From NCBI GenBank assembly GCA_964645605.1, contig CAZYCE010000003.1:57135-121134 (forward strand): 64,000 nt of DNA, in the 5' to 3' direction. Positions 1-9,865 of this stretch are shown in pieces. The notes below the pieces were generated by a model that did not search any database, was not told the origin of the DNA, and worked only from the letters and a program-made list of their open reading frames with translations. Position 1 is the first letter of the stretch, and each line of letters opens with the position of its first letter. A program made the position numbers and the translations under genes. The stretch is from an uncultured Gammaproteobacteria bacterium. Lineage in GTDB: Bacteria > Patescibacteriota > Microgenomatia > UBA8517.

Positions 1-36
1 CCTCGCTTTACAACAGTCAATTTGAAGATTGATGGG

Positions 37-1968
37 TCATAAATTTTCGACAGGGTTTTCTTTCAGAGAATTTAGAAGTTTGGGAAGACCGATAGTTGCT
101 ACCGCAACCGTGGTGTCGCCTGCTCCGTAATAAACGAAAAGTTCTTCTTTGATAACAACCGCACCGCAGGAAAAAATCGTCCCGGGTCTGAAGCCGGAGT
201 TTTCGTAAGGGGTTTCAGGTTCAATTATCGGATAGGGTAGCTGCGCCTTTATCTTTAATAAATTTTTTGAGTCGAGAAGCAACGCTCCAAGTCTGTACTT
301 TTTATCTTCTTTTGAAAGCCCGTGGAAAATAAGAAGCCATCCGTCGGTTGTTTTAATTGGAGGAGCCGCTATACCGACCTTTTCCGAATACCAGGTACCT
401 TCAGCAGGTTCCAAAAGAATATTTCCCTGGATCCAGCGCCCGTCGGAGAAATCCAGATTTTGTTCCTCCGCGACCCAAATTTTATGGTTTGTCCGGTGAA
501 AAATGACGTACTTGCCGTTAATTTTTTCCGAAACTATACATGCATTTTTGTCATTTATCTCGGAGGGAGAAATTATGACAGGCTTTGTCCAGTTCCAGTT
601 TTTATTCAGGAAATCGGTCTTGTCAATTGTGCTTATGGCGACATGGGTTCTGCCTTCCTTGAAAGCCGTATAAAAAAGATAAAGTGTGTCTTCGATTTTA
701 CTGATTCTGGGATCTTCACAGCCGTCTTTCTCTCTTTCAATTTCGGGTTTGTAAACGGGTTCAGGGAGTCTTTCGTCTATATGAAATCCGTCCGAGGAAG
801 ATGCATATCCCAAAGTTGATATACCGGATTCTCCCTGAGCCCTATAAAGGATATGGACTCGGTCTTCAAGATAAATCGCCGCGGCATTTAGGGTATATTT
901 CGACTCCCAAGAATGATCTTTAATGGGGGCGATGATCGGATTTTCCGGAAACCGGGTAAGAGTGGCCTTTTCATTTTGACGTCCCTCACCCGATTTGGAG
1001 TTTATCAACATCTTGTTAATTAAGGTTTGTAAATCTATTGTTGCAACGGCAGATACGGTGTCGGCGGCGCCGTAATAAACATAAAGGTTTTCATCGTAGA
1101 TGACCGCGCCGGTCGGAAAAATAGTGTAGGAAACTTTTCCGAAAAGCTCATATTGTTCCCTCGGGGTAAGGAGAGGTTCCTCGGTTCTTGCAACGATTTT
1201 TTGGGGGTTATCTATGTCAAGAATTGCCGTCTCTATCCCAAATTTGATATTCGGAGTGAAATAATCGCGAGCGTAGGAGTAAACAAAAAGCCAGCCGTAT
1301 TTGGTCTTGATCGGCACGGCTCCGACCTCAACCTGATGGCCGGAGTCTCTTAACAAATCAAGCTTGTGGCTCTCAAGATCCTTGTACCATCCGTCCCAGA
1401 TTTCCTGGTTCCAAATATCTTCTATTTTGTCAAAATAGGCAATTCCGATTGTTGAAGGCAGCGGCGGTCTGTCTGTGTTTGCGGTTAAGATTACCGCATA
1501 CTTGCCGTTAATTTTTTCCGGAAGAAGGCAGGCCGCTTTGGCATTAAAAGGCGTAACCAAATGCTTTTCGTCAATTGATTTAAAGTCTTTGGTTGTAGCT
1601 ACGGCGACTTTGATATTATCGGCCTTGTATGGATAACCTCCGAGGGCAGTATAAAAAATATAGTAAGTATCTCCCATTTTTGTTATTCTTGGGTCTTCAC
1701 AGCCGTACCTTTCCCAGTCATACCCGGGGGCTATAAGCTGCTTTCTTCCCACAAAGTGTATCGGGTCGGGGGATTCCGCATAGCCGATTGTTGAAAGTTC
1801 GAGTTCCTGATCCAAATACTGCATTTTTGTGGAAATAGCCCTATAAACCATTCTGAAAACCGAAGGATCCTGCCAAACGGACGGATTAAACGAAGCTTCG
1901 CTCTCCCACTTATTGCGGGAGTCGGGAACCAATATCGGATTTTCGAATGACCTAGTTAGTTTCAGCAT
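37..1968 (-). CDS. GH130-family glycosidase/glycoside phosphorylase with two tandem GH130 domains
   Basis: Two repeats of NPI...FNP/NAA, GCEDPRI, KxA/NAC, GxxPIKTxxGWL and YYGAxD motifs. Confidence 0.85.
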   Translation of the reverse strand: MLKLTRSFENPILVPDSRNKWESEASFNPSVWQDPSVFRMVYRAISTKMQYLDQELELSTIGYAESPDPIHFVGRKQLIAPGYDWERYGCEDPRITKMGDTYYIFYTALGGYPYKADNIKVAVATTKDFKSIDEKHLVTPFNAKAACLLPEKINGKYAVILTANTDRPPLPSTIGIAYFDKIEDIWNQEIWDGWYKDLESHKLDLLRDSGHQVEVGAVPIKTKYGWLFVYSYARDYFTPNIKFGIETAILDIDNPQKIVARTEEPLLTPREQYELFGKVSYTIFPTGAVIYDENLYVYYGAADTVSAVATIDLQTLINKMLINSKSGEGRQNEKATLTRFPENPIIAPIKDHSWESKYTLNAAAIYLEDRVHILYRAQGESGISTLGYASSSDGFHIDERLPEPVYKPEIEREKDGCEDPRISKIEDTLYLFYTAFKEGRTHVAISTIDKTDFLNKNWNWTKPVIISPSEINDKNACIVSEKINGKYVIFHRTNHKIWVAEEQNLDFSDGRWIQGNILLEPAEGTWYSEKVGIAAPPIKTTDGWLLIFHGLSKEDKKYRLGALLLDSKNLLKIKAQLPYPIIEPETPYENSGFRPGTIFSCGAVVIKEELFVYYGAGDTTVAVATIGLPKLLNSLKENPVENL

Positions 1969-3793
1969 TTAATTGGGAAACGTTCCCCATGGCAATAGGA
2001 TCCAAGTGGGGAAAGTTGTCGAATTTCAGTTCATCCAAAAACTGGTCAAGGTTTGCGGTTGCAGCGGCAACGTAGGTATCACTTCCTCCGTAATAAACAA
2101 TTAGGGTGTTATCAATTACCACGGCACCGCAAGGGTAAACGACACCCTGTTTGAATCCTCCGTTTTCATAATAAGTTTCCGGTTCCAATAAGGGATGGGA
2201 CGAGCGGTACAAAACCTTTGACGGGTCATTGATATCTAAAAGCATCGCCCCAATTTTGTAACGGCCGTTATCTTGAAATCCAACCGCTTGATAAATTGCC
2301 AACCAACCGTCTTTGGTTCTTATTGGCGGAGGACCCATTCCGATTTTATTGCTGTCCCAAAAATCCGGTCGGGGATGGATTTGGTAAGTCCCTTTAAGCC
2401 AGATGTTTTTCCCGTCGAAATCATCAAGACTGTCCACCATGTCGATTAAAATGTCGGGGTAGATTCTATGAAAAACCACATATTTTCCGTTTATTTTTTC
2501 GGGAAGAATACAGGCATTCTTATCAACTACACCGGGCGGGGAAATAACCATGGGATCGCTCCAGCCCGTCCAATTTTGCTTCTCAAAATCCCTAGTGGTG
2601 ATATAGCTCAAAGCTACTCTTGGCGGGTTTTTACCGTCGTAGGCGACGTAGGTAAGATAAAACTTATCATCAATTTTCGTAATCCTGGGGTCTTCAATTC
2701 CGCCGTAGCCTCCGCCCCCGGACTCGTACGGTGAAAACTTGAGCGCTTTTCCGTATGACGGATGCTCAAATACCGCACGCGGAATGTAGGCCGGTCCGGA
2801 ACTCCTGAAATCGATATTTAATCCGTCATGGCTCACGGCATATCCCAAAACCGAAGTGTCGTGGTCTCCGATGGCTCTATACAAAAGATGAACAGCATTG
2901 TTGTGATAAATTGCGGCTGCATTAAACACCTGTTTTGATTCCCATGTTTTGTCATCCCTGGGCGAAAGAATCGGATTTCCGATGCTTCTTACAAGCTTTG
3001 CGTGAGGAAGAGGCGACTTTGCATCGGCGTATTTTTGCAAGTTATTGTGATCTACGACAAAGATGCCCTTGCCGGGCAGTTCCCAATACGAATAAAAAGT
3101 GTCGTTAAGATCCACAATTCCAACCGGCCTGACATGCATGTTTATCCACTCTTGAGGTTGATACCAAATTGCCCGGTCTGTCTTCCAAAGGATGTTTGTA
3201 GGATCTTTCGGGTCAAGAAGAACGGACCAGACGGAGTAATGGTTGTGGTCATCATGTTTTTCGTTTAGAAAATAGATTAGATGCGGTCCGTCTTTAGCCT
3301 CCTTAACACACCCGACGGTGTAATCTTTTTGAGGAACATCCATTTCTTTGATATTCCAGTTTTTTCCGTCCTCACTGAAACCTACGGATAGTTTTTTTTC
3401 GCCAAAAAAGATAACTTGCTGACCCTTATGTGTAAAATATGGAAGCTCCACTGCCGGAGTTGTGATGGGGAAAAGCCGCCCCTTGTTTTGCCACGAAGAA
3501 AAATCAAGCGATGTAGCATGATTTAAATAAGCTTTTCCTTCAAAGCTTGACAGATAAAATAAATTGTAAATATCTTGGGTTTTGGTAAACCTAAAAGAGG
3601 AAACATTCTCTATCTCTTCCCGTTTCCCGTCAGATTCAATAAAGGCTCCGCTTGCCAGCCGTACAAAAGTTTTTCCGTCTTTGCTGTAATCTATGTTAAA
3701 TTCATCGGATTTACTGCCTTCTGATTGATAGCACACAAAGATTTTCTCATCCAACGCAAAAACTCCCAATATTTTTAAATGGGCAGAACGCAT
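1952..3793 (-). CDS. GH130-family glycosidase with a divergent N-terminal beta-propeller domain
   Basis: C-terminal half has NPILSP, VFNAAA, GIEDPRI, DKNAC, GPPPIRTKDGWL, VVYPCG and YYGGSD; overlaps the next gene as in an operon. Confidence 0.85.
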   Translation of the reverse strand: MRSAHLKILGVFALDEKIFVCYQSEGSKSDEFNIDYSKDGKTFVRLASGAFIESDGKREEIENVSSFRFTKTQDIYNLFYLSSFEGKAYLNHATSLDFSSWQNKGRLFPITTPAVELPYFTHKGQQVIFFGEKKLSVGFSEDGKNWNIKEMDVPQKDYTVGCVKEAKDGPHLIYFLNEKHDDHNHYSVWSVLLDPKDPTNILWKTDRAIWYQPQEWINMHVRPVGIVDLNDTFYSYWELPGKGIFVVDHNNLQKYADAKSPLPHAKLVRSIGNPILSPRDDKTWESKQVFNAAAIYHNNAVHLLYRAIGDHDTSVLGYAVSHDGLNIDFRSSGPAYIPRAVFEHPSYGKALKFSPYESGGGGYGGIEDPRITKIDDKFYLTYVAYDGKNPPRVALSYITTRDFEKQNWTGWSDPMVISPPGVVDKNACILPEKINGKYVVFHRIYPDILIDMVDSLDDFDGKNIWLKGTYQIHPRPDFWDSNKIGMGPPPIRTKDGWLAIYQAVGFQDNGRYKIGAMLLDINDPSKVLYRSSHPLLEPETYYENGGFKQGVVYPCGAVVIDNTLIVYYGGSDTYVAAATANLDQFLDELKFDNFPHLDPIAMGNVSQLNAETN

Positions 3794-3962
3794 ACTACTT
3801 TATAATAAGTCCACAAGCCCTACTTAATCAAGCTTAATTAAGCTTGACAGTTTTGACGTTTGATTTTTCAGGTTCAAATTAGCGCAATTGCCTAAAAAAA
3901 AGAGTTTATTTATCTTCAAAATTTATTTTAGGTAAATTAGAAATGCACTGTATAATGTTCTT

Positions 3963-4787
3963 GTGCCTCATGCAAAAGTAAAGACCGTCGGTTTAGCTCT
4001 CGGGAGCGGTGGTTGGCGCGGGCTTGCGCACCTAGGCGTTATTAAGGAATTGGAAAAAGAAGGGATTCCGATAGATTATATTGCCGGGAGCAGTGCCGGG
4101 GCTCTCATCGGAGGGCTTTACAGTTTTTTCGGGGAAACCCGCGAAATTGAGGAGATAAATCAAAAGCTCAACTATCGTTCACTCTACGGTATGCTTTTAG
4201 ATCCGGTACGTGGCCCGGGGCTTATCGGAGGCAGAAAATACCTTGATTTTTTGGAAAAACGCGTGGGGGATGCCAGAATTGAGGACCTTAAGATAAAATT
4301 CACCGCTGTTTGTTCCGATCTTTTGGAAGGAGATACTATCGGAATTGCCAGCGGAAAACTAAGTACCGCAATCAGGGCAAGTTCTTCAATTCCCATTGTT
4401 TTTAAACCGGCAGTTATTAATGGCCGTCTTCTTGTTGACGGCGGAAATACCATGCCTGTGCCCGTAAGGATCGTAAAGGAAATGGGAGCGGATATCGTTA
4501 TCGCGGTGAATGTTTACAATAATATTTTTCCGTTCAAAAATGAATACATTAAAGGTGAAAAACTTAACTATATGGATATAACCAAAATTTCCTACCAGAT
4601 GATGCTTTCAGAGCTGGCCCGCGAAAATGTAAAAGAGGCGGATTTTGTAATCAACCCAAAAATTGTGGAGGGAAACTTCAGCTTATTCAAAAAGTTTGTT
4701 AATAATCCCGAAGCGATTGAGAGCGGGGCAAAGTCCGCAAGGGATATCATTCCTCTCCTGAAAAAAAGAATTTATGAGCCTTTATAA
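3963..4787 (+). CDS. Patatin-like phospholipase (RssA/NTE type)
   Basis: LALGSGGWRGLAHLG oxyanion motif, GSSAG nucleophile, DGG motif. Confidence 0.9.
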   Translation: MPHAKVKTVGLALGSGGWRGLAHLGVIKELEKEGIPIDYIAGSSAGALIGGLYSFFGETREIEEINQKLNYRSLYGMLLDPVRGPGLIGGRKYLDFLEKRVGDARIEDLKIKFTAVCSDLLEGDTIGIASGKLSTAIRASSSIPIVFKPAVINGRLLVDGGNTMPVPVRIVKEMGADIVIAVNVYNNIFPFKNEYIKGEKLNYMDITKISYQMMLSELARENVKEADFVINPKIVEGNFSLFKKFVNNPEAIESGAKSARDIIPLLKKRIYEPL

Positions 4788-5462
4788 ATCGGTTGAGTTT
4801 TCGGTAATGTCGCTGTAAAAATTGGTTTTTTCGAACAGTCCGTCCATGTCAAAAATTATAAATTTCCTTGTAATCTGCTTTAGAATTTTTTCTTTTGCGA
4901 GTTTTTCTATTGCGACGCTTGCCGTTTCCCTTGAAATTCCTGCGAGATTGGCAATATCCTGATGCGTCAATTGTAGCTTAATAATAGTGCCGTCCTTAGT
5001 CTTTTCTCCGAATCTTTTTGCCGCAATGAGAAGGGCTGATGCCACTCTGGTGTCGGCATTGCCGACAAGGAGATGATTATAGTTGGTCAAAAGTCCGTCT
5101 ACACCCGAAAGAATCCTTTTAATAAGATCCAATGTCACCTCAGAATTTTCACTCAAAAAATTTTCGATATCATTCCTTGGAACTTTATAAAGGGCGGCAT
5201 TTGTCATGGTTTCAAAGGCATAATTGTTGGTAACTTGTCCGAGCGCCCAAAACATCGGGAAAAAAGAACCCTGTTTGAAAATATTCAGGGTAAGCTCATT
5301 GCCGTTAGCCAAAATAGTGTTCATTTTTACGTATCCTTCTTTTAGATAAAAAACGCCGCCCGGTTCATCTCCCAGAGAAACTAGAGTTGTCCCTTTTTTG
5401 TAGGAAAGAAGCTTCGATTTTGCAAAATGCTCGTCCAGCGTTTCGATTATTTTATCGTTCAT
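4782..5462 (-). CDS. Crp/Fnr-family transcriptional regulator
   Basis: cNMP-binding-like N-terminus; C-terminal HTH LTHQDIANLAGISRETAS. Confidence 0.9.
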   Translation of the reverse strand: MNDKIIETLDEHFAKSKLLSYKKGTTLVSLGDEPGGVFYLKEGYVKMNTILANGNELTLNIFKQGSFFPMFWALGQVTNNYAFETMTNAALYKVPRNDIENFLSENSEVTLDLIKRILSGVDGLLTNYNHLLVGNADTRVASALLIAAKRFGEKTKDGTIIKLQLTHQDIANLAGISRETASVAIEKLAKEKILKQITRKFIIFDMDGLFEKTNFYSDITENSTDL

Positions 5463-5468
5463 GCCTAC

Positions 5469-5507
5469 CGTAATAAATATTACAAAAAGATTGTAACACA
5501 GCTTACA
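5469..5507. promoter_or_regulatory. Two tandem Crp/Fnr-type palindromic sites: CGTAA-N6-TTACA (5469-5484) and TGTAA-N6-TTACA (5492-5507)
   Basis: Palindromes with CRP-box geometry (TGTGA-N6-TCACA-like) directly upstream of the crp-family gene. Confidence 0.6.
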
Positions 5508-5540
5508 GAATATTAACTCAATTATTATTATGATCTTCTC

Positions 5541-5639
5541 ATGACAATAAACATTAAGAAGTACATGGAGGAGGGTATCTCGGAAGTGTTTGGTTTTATG
5601 GACGATTTTTACAAGCTGTTCACGATGAGGGTAAGTTAA
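5541..5639 (+). CDS. Putative 32-aa small protein (MTINIKKYMEEGISEVFGFMDDFYKLFTMRVS)
   Basis: ORF read by eye, divergent from crp, downstream of the palindromic sites and upstream of a strong terminator; below the size cutoff of the ORF track. Confidence 0.35.
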   Translation: MTINIKKYMEEGISEVFGFMDDFYKLFTMRVS

Positions 5640-5720
5640 TTAAAGCTATGACATTCCAAAGCGGATTACCGCCCTGAGTAGTTTAAACCGAAATTTGAGC
5701 TTAATATCCTTTTATAAGGG

Positions 5721-5753
5721 AGAGGCGGCAGCTAAAACTGCCGCCTCTTTTTA
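5721..5753 (+). terminator. Rho-independent terminator
   Basis: AGAGGCGGCAG-ctaaaa-CTGCCGCCTCT perfect 11-bp stem followed by a T-rich tract. Confidence 0.8.
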
Positions 5754-5979
5754 TTTGTTTTAATCGACAAATGTCAGGTTAACGCCTTTTTTATCGGCCG
5801 GGGGACTCTCGAGCCGGCAATACTTATGACGAGATTTGGGATTCACACTCTCGGAATGAGTTTCCCTTAGGTCTATCAAATATAATGAGGTTATCGAGCT
5901 TCCGCGGGATATATTGTGAAGAAAAAAATCAAAATCGGCAGCAAGATAAAAACTGTTTTGTAATTTCCCTCTTCATAGT

Positions 5980-6006
5980 TGAAAGAAAAACGCCCTTTAG
6001 CCCGTA
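5980..6006 (+). promoter_or_regulatory. ECF sigma (SigW-like) promoter TGAAAG-N17-CGTA
   Basis: Resembles the B. subtilis SigW consensus TGAAAC-N16/17-CGTA; lies upstream of the gene cluster containing the ECF sigma. Confidence 0.55.
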
Positions 6007-6040
6007 TAACAAGTAGATAGATGAAAGGGGGTGAAAAAAT

Positions 6041-6412
6041 ATGAACAAAACAATTTTAACTTTAGCAGGTATCGCACTCGGGGTAGGAGCATTATTTGCT
6101 ATCTCTTCAAGCGCGCTTGCCTATAGAGGAGATCCAAATGTTACGGGTCCTAACTACACAGCCGAAAGGCATGAGGCTATGACAAGTGCATTTGAAAATA
6201 AAGACTACAGTGCCTGGAAGGCTCAGGTGCAGGGTAGGGGTAGAGTTGCCCAAGTAGTCAATGAGAGCAATTTTGGCAAGTTTGCCGAAATGCATCAGTT
6301 GATGCTTGACGGGAAAACCGCAGAGGCAAATGCAATTAGAACCGAACTTGGATTGGGACTACAAAACGGTTCCGGCCAAGGTATGGGTTACGGCAGAAAC
6401 GTTAACCGTTAA
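6041..6412 (+). CDS. Secreted hypothetical protein
   Basis: Signal peptide ending ALA; strong SD GGGGGTGA; Gly-rich C-terminus. Confidence 0.7.
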   Translation: MNKTILTLAGIALGVGALFAISSSALAYRGDPNVTGPNYTAERHEAMTSAFENKDYSAWKAQVQGRGRVAQVVNESNFGKFAEMHQLMLDGKTAEANAIRTELGLGLQNGSGQGMGYGRNVNR

Positions 6413-6511
6413 AGCCGTATAGCAATTACCGGGACCTCACCTAATAAGTGGGGTTTTGGTAATGGAATGAAGAAAAAAACATGAACGGAATTTATACTAA
6501 AATAGAAAATA

Positions 6512-7057
6512 ATGAAAGACTTACTGAAATTATCGGACGAAAGGATAGTTGAACTGATCCGAAAGAAAGACAAGGAACTCTTTGTTCACATAATAAAGCG
6601 TTATCAGGATAAGCTTATGAGATATGCAAATTATTTGCTGGGGGATGAGCACAAAGCTGCCGATGTCGTTCAGGAGTCATTTATAAAAACCTATATAAAC
6701 TTAAACGGTTTTGATACCAAAAAAAAGTTCAGCAGTTATATATATAGAATTGTCCATAATGAAGCCATAAACTTAATCCATAAGGAAAAAAAACAGGTTT
6801 CGTTATATGAGGGAATTGATTTTGAAAGCGGGATAGACATTGAAGATGAGTTTATTAAAAAGGAGTTGACGGACCGGACCCATAACTGTCTGGGGAAAAT
6901 GCCGGTTATTTACGGAGAGCCTTTATCTCTTTACTTTATGGAGGAAAAATCCTATGAAGAAATAAGTGATATTTTAAGAATTCCGATGGGGACGGTGGCA
7001 ACAAGAATCAATCGTGCAAAAGTTATAATGAAAAAAATATGTCAAAAAATAAAATAA
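6512..7057 (+). CDS. ECF RNA polymerase sigma factor (SigW-like)
   Basis: Region 2 (AADVVQESFIK, FSSYIYRIVHN) and region 4 (SYEEISDILRIPMGTVATRINRAK). Confidence 0.92.
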   Translation: MKDLLKLSDERIVELIRKKDKELFVHIIKRYQDKLMRYANYLLGDEHKAADVVQESFIKTYINLNGFDTKKKFSSYIYRIVHNEAINLIHKEKKQVSLYEGIDFESGIDIEDEFIKKELTDRTHNCLGKMPVIYGEPLSLYFMEEKSYEEISDILRIPMGTVATRINRAKVIMKKICQKIK

Positions 7058-7533
7058 ATTTTGAAAAAGAAGTCATGTCGCGCGTTGCCTCGGGCAAGAT
7101 CGTTATGAAGCCGAAGTGGTATTTTGCTTTAGGCTCGGTTCTTTTACTTTCCGGGACAATTACAGCCTCGGTTGCTGCGGCCTTTCTTGTGAACTTAACC
7201 ATATTTCTTATTAAAAAGCAGGGTCGGGGCTATGGAAAACTTACGATGATGTTTGAAAGTTTTCCTTTCTGGGTCCCCGTTTTGGCAATTTTAGGGATCG
7301 GGGTAGGAATTCTGCTTCTTAGGAAATATGATTTTTCTTACAGGAAAAATTTCTTAGTAGTGATCATCGGGTTTATCGCCTCGGTAGTTATCGCGGGATT
7401 TGTAATTGATTCATTAGGCCTAAACAATACTTGGTCCAAAGGAGGCTTAATGAAGGGTTTTTACCAGGGGATTGAAAACCGGGGCAAAGGCTCCTTACAA
7501 AACGGCCGTGGAGGCAGGTACAATAGAAATTGA
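7039..7533 (+). CDS. Membrane protein, putative anti-sigma factor
   Basis: About 3 TM segments; overlaps the ECF sigma gene. Confidence 0.6.
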   Translation: MSKNKINFEKEVMSRVASGKIVMKPKWYFALGSVLLLSGTITASVAAAFLVNLTIFLIKKQGRGYGKLTMMFESFPFWVPVLAILGIGVGILLLRKYDFSYRKNFLVVIIGFIASVVIAGFVIDSLGLNNTWSKGGLMKGFYQGIENRGKGSLQNGRGGRYNRN

Positions 7534-7575
7534 CAGTTATTAATTAGTAATGAATATAAAGGGGGTGAGTACAAG

Positions 7576-8256
7576 ATGAAGAAATTATTATATGTAATCC
7601 CGGTCTTGGCGGTCTTCGGATTGGCTTCTACTGTATATGCTGAAAGTAACGATGTAGGAGCTCAAACGGGACAGGGGACCCAGCAGCAGCTACATACAGC
7701 GTCTCCTTCTCCGACCGGTGTTCAAAATAAAAATCAGGTTAAAACTCAAAATGAGGCAGAGGACTCACAGCTCATGTTGAATACGGAGGAAAAAGAAAAT
7801 CTCGGGGACGAACAGCAAGTCGGCTCGCAAGGCGGCGGCTTAAACACCGAGCATATGAGCGAAGTTGCCAAGCAGGTTCAGGCTCTTCTGCAGGTAAGAA
7901 CAACTGGCGGAATTGGCCAGCAGGTCAGAGAAATCGCTCAAGCGCAAAATCAAGCCCAAATCCAGATTCAGGCACAGTTGGACAAACTCGAATCAAAAGG
8001 AAAATTGGCAAGATTTTTGACGGGTACAAATTTCGAGGCTGTCAAAGGCCTCCAACAGCAAATTGATGCGAATCAGCTAAGAATTCAAGAGCTGACTAAG
8101 CTTGCAACACAGCTTACTAATCAAAGCGATATCGCTTCCGTTCAGGCAACGATACAGGCTTTGATTCAGGAAAATGTGTCTTTACAGGATAGAATTGCGG
8201 CGGAAGTTCAAACCAGAAGTCTATTCGGCTGGTTATTTAGATTGTTTGTCCAATAA
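7576..8256 (+). CDS. Secreted Gln-rich coiled-coil protein
   Basis: Signal peptide, SD GGGGGTGA, heptad-rich sequence, C-terminal SLFGWLFRLF. Confidence 0.7.
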   Translation: MKKLLYVIPVLAVFGLASTVYAESNDVGAQTGQGTQQQLHTASPSPTGVQNKNQVKTQNEAEDSQLMLNTEEKENLGDEQQVGSQGGGLNTEHMSEVAKQVQALLQVRTTGGIGQQVREIAQAQNQAQIQIQAQLDKLESKGKLARFLTGTNFEAVKGLQQQIDANQLRIQELTKLATQLTNQSDIASVQATIQALIQENVSLQDRIAAEVQTRSLFGWLFRLFVQ

Positions 8257-8280
8257 ATTGACGATGGTTCAATGTGGGCA

Positions 8281-8310
8281 TTGACACCCCAGGGGGGTGT
8301 GTGTTAATGT
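8281..8310 (+). promoter_or_regulatory. Sigma70 promoter with a CsoR/RcnR-type operator (ACACCCC-A-GGGGGGTGT)
   Basis: TTGACA ... TAATGT with a C-tract/G-tract inverted repeat between the boxes, typical of CsoR operators. Confidence 0.7.
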
Positions 8311-8316
8311 TTCTTC

Positions 8317-8556
8317 ATGAAGACAATCACGGCGCGGCTCAACAATATAACCGGTCAGATTGAAGGGGTCAAAAAGATGGTGGATAAAAATTCCGACTGC
8401 CTTCAGGTTCTTACTCAGTTAAAAGCAGTTAAATCAGCCGTCGGAAGCGTGATGGACACGGTCATTGAAGAACAGTTTAATACCTGCATGAAATCCATGA
8501 AGAAAGAGGATAAAGAAATGTTTATTAATATAAAAAGCTATGTCAAAACCAATTGA
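8317..8556 (+). CDS. CsoR/RcnR-family metal/thiol-sensing repressor
   Basis: RLNNITGQIEGVKKMV...DCLQVLTQLKAVKSA signature. Confidence 0.85.
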   Translation: MKTITARLNNITGQIEGVKKMVDKNSDCLQVLTQLKAVKSAVGSVMDTVIEEQFNTCMKSMKKEDKEMFINIKSYVKTN

Positions 8557-8884
8557 TCTAACACCCGAAAATTTTGAAAAAGAGGTAATAAAATCAAATA
8601 TTCCTACACTTGTTGACTTCTGGGCTCCCTGGTGCGGACCTTGTCGCATGATGGCACCCGTTCTCGAAGATATGGCCGAAAAATTTGACGGTAAATTTAA
8701 GATTGCAAAATTAAACACCGAAGAACCTCAAAACCAAAGTTTAGCGGCAATATTTCAAATCCAAAGTATTCCGAATATGAAAGTCTTTAAGGACGGTAAA
8801 ATCGTTCATGAATTTATAGGTTTCAGACCGAAGGAAGTTTTTGAGAAAGAAATCTCCGAACTCACTGAGAAGTTTGGTTTATAA
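8540..8884 (+). CDS. trxA: Thioredoxin
   Basis: DFWAPWCGPC active site; SIP cis-Pro motif. Confidence 0.95.
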   Translation: MSKPIDLTPENFEKEVIKSNIPTLVDFWAPWCGPCRMMAPVLEDMAEKFDGKFKIAKLNTEEPQNQSLAAIFQIQSIPNMKVFKDGKIVHEFIGFRPKEVFEKEISELTEKFGL

Positions 8885-8945
8885 ACTTTTGGGAATCACC
8901 GCGAAAAAAAAGATTAACCCTCCGGTTCGCTCCGCTTTTCTGAAA

Positions 8946-9773
8946 TTATTTTATCTTAAGGCGTTTTGGTAAGTAGTTTTGCTTTGAAACAATTTTTCTA
9001 CCGGTTTCTTTTTCTAACTTCTTCCTCGCATCACCCGCAATATTTCCACCACGTCTCGAAACCAATTTATTTTTCTCAAATCCAATCGGATGTTCGACCT
9101 TTGTAATTTCGGTGGTAGATGCCTCTCCAAGGGCGGAAAACAAAAGTTCTAAATCGTTCATGTGATCTCTTAGATTTTGTCTTTTTATTCCTTTATATTT
9201 TTTATACTCCGTCGGTGTTATACCAAATGTTGCCTTGGAAATTTCAGCAGTTAAAATTTGATATTCCTTGGGCAGTTCCACGCCGTGTTTTTGCCATTGG
9301 TCTGTTAATGTTTCACGAATCTCAATACCGCGCATGCGCATCTCAATCCATCTGTCCGGATAGCCTTTAGCTTTATAAATTGCACGCGCACGCTTTTGTG
9401 CAAGTTCCGGATCTTCAATTTCCTGGATTCTCTCATAACCTACTTTTGCCAACCAGCGCTTAAACGGTTCGGCTTTTGGAGATGGAATTGACTCAATTAA
9501 GCGGAAAAGTGTCTCTGTGTTTACACAGTCAGTTAAATACATTTTTCCATCCTTTGATTTTAATTTCAGTTGTCCGATTTTATCGGACAACTCAACATAA
9601 CCCTCAGTTTTGATTTTTTTCTTGAGGTCGCTCCAATACTTGCGGGGTCTATCCGAACCAGTCAACGTTTCTATAACATCAATAACCGAGAACCACCACT
9701 CATTTTTATGAATTAATTTTCTAATTTCTTTTTGCCTAAAAATAGCAATTTTTGTCTCTGAAGAACTATTCAT
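8946..9773 (-). CDS. BRO-N domain protein (phage antirepressor-like)
   Basis: WWFSVIDVI, RLIESIPSPKAEPFKRWLA and NLRDHM motifs. Confidence 0.85.
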   Translation of the reverse strand: MNSSSETKIAIFRQKEIRKLIHKNEWWFSVIDVIETLTGSDRPRKYWSDLKKKIKTEGYVELSDKIGQLKLKSKDGKMYLTDCVNTETLFRLIESIPSPKAEPFKRWLAKVGYERIQEIEDPELAQKRARAIYKAKGYPDRWIEMRMRGIEIRETLTDQWQKHGVELPKEYQILTAEISKATFGITPTEYKKYKGIKRQNLRDHMNDLELLFSALGEASTTEITKVEHPIGFEKNKLVSRRGGNIAGDARKKLEKETGRKIVSKQNYLPKRLKIK

Positions 9774-9865
9774 AATTCAATTTAAACCGAATATTTACCG
9801 AAGTCAATAACTAACTAAGTTAAAAAACTTGATGCAAGCTCCCCCTGCAGTTAAACTAGGGCTAC

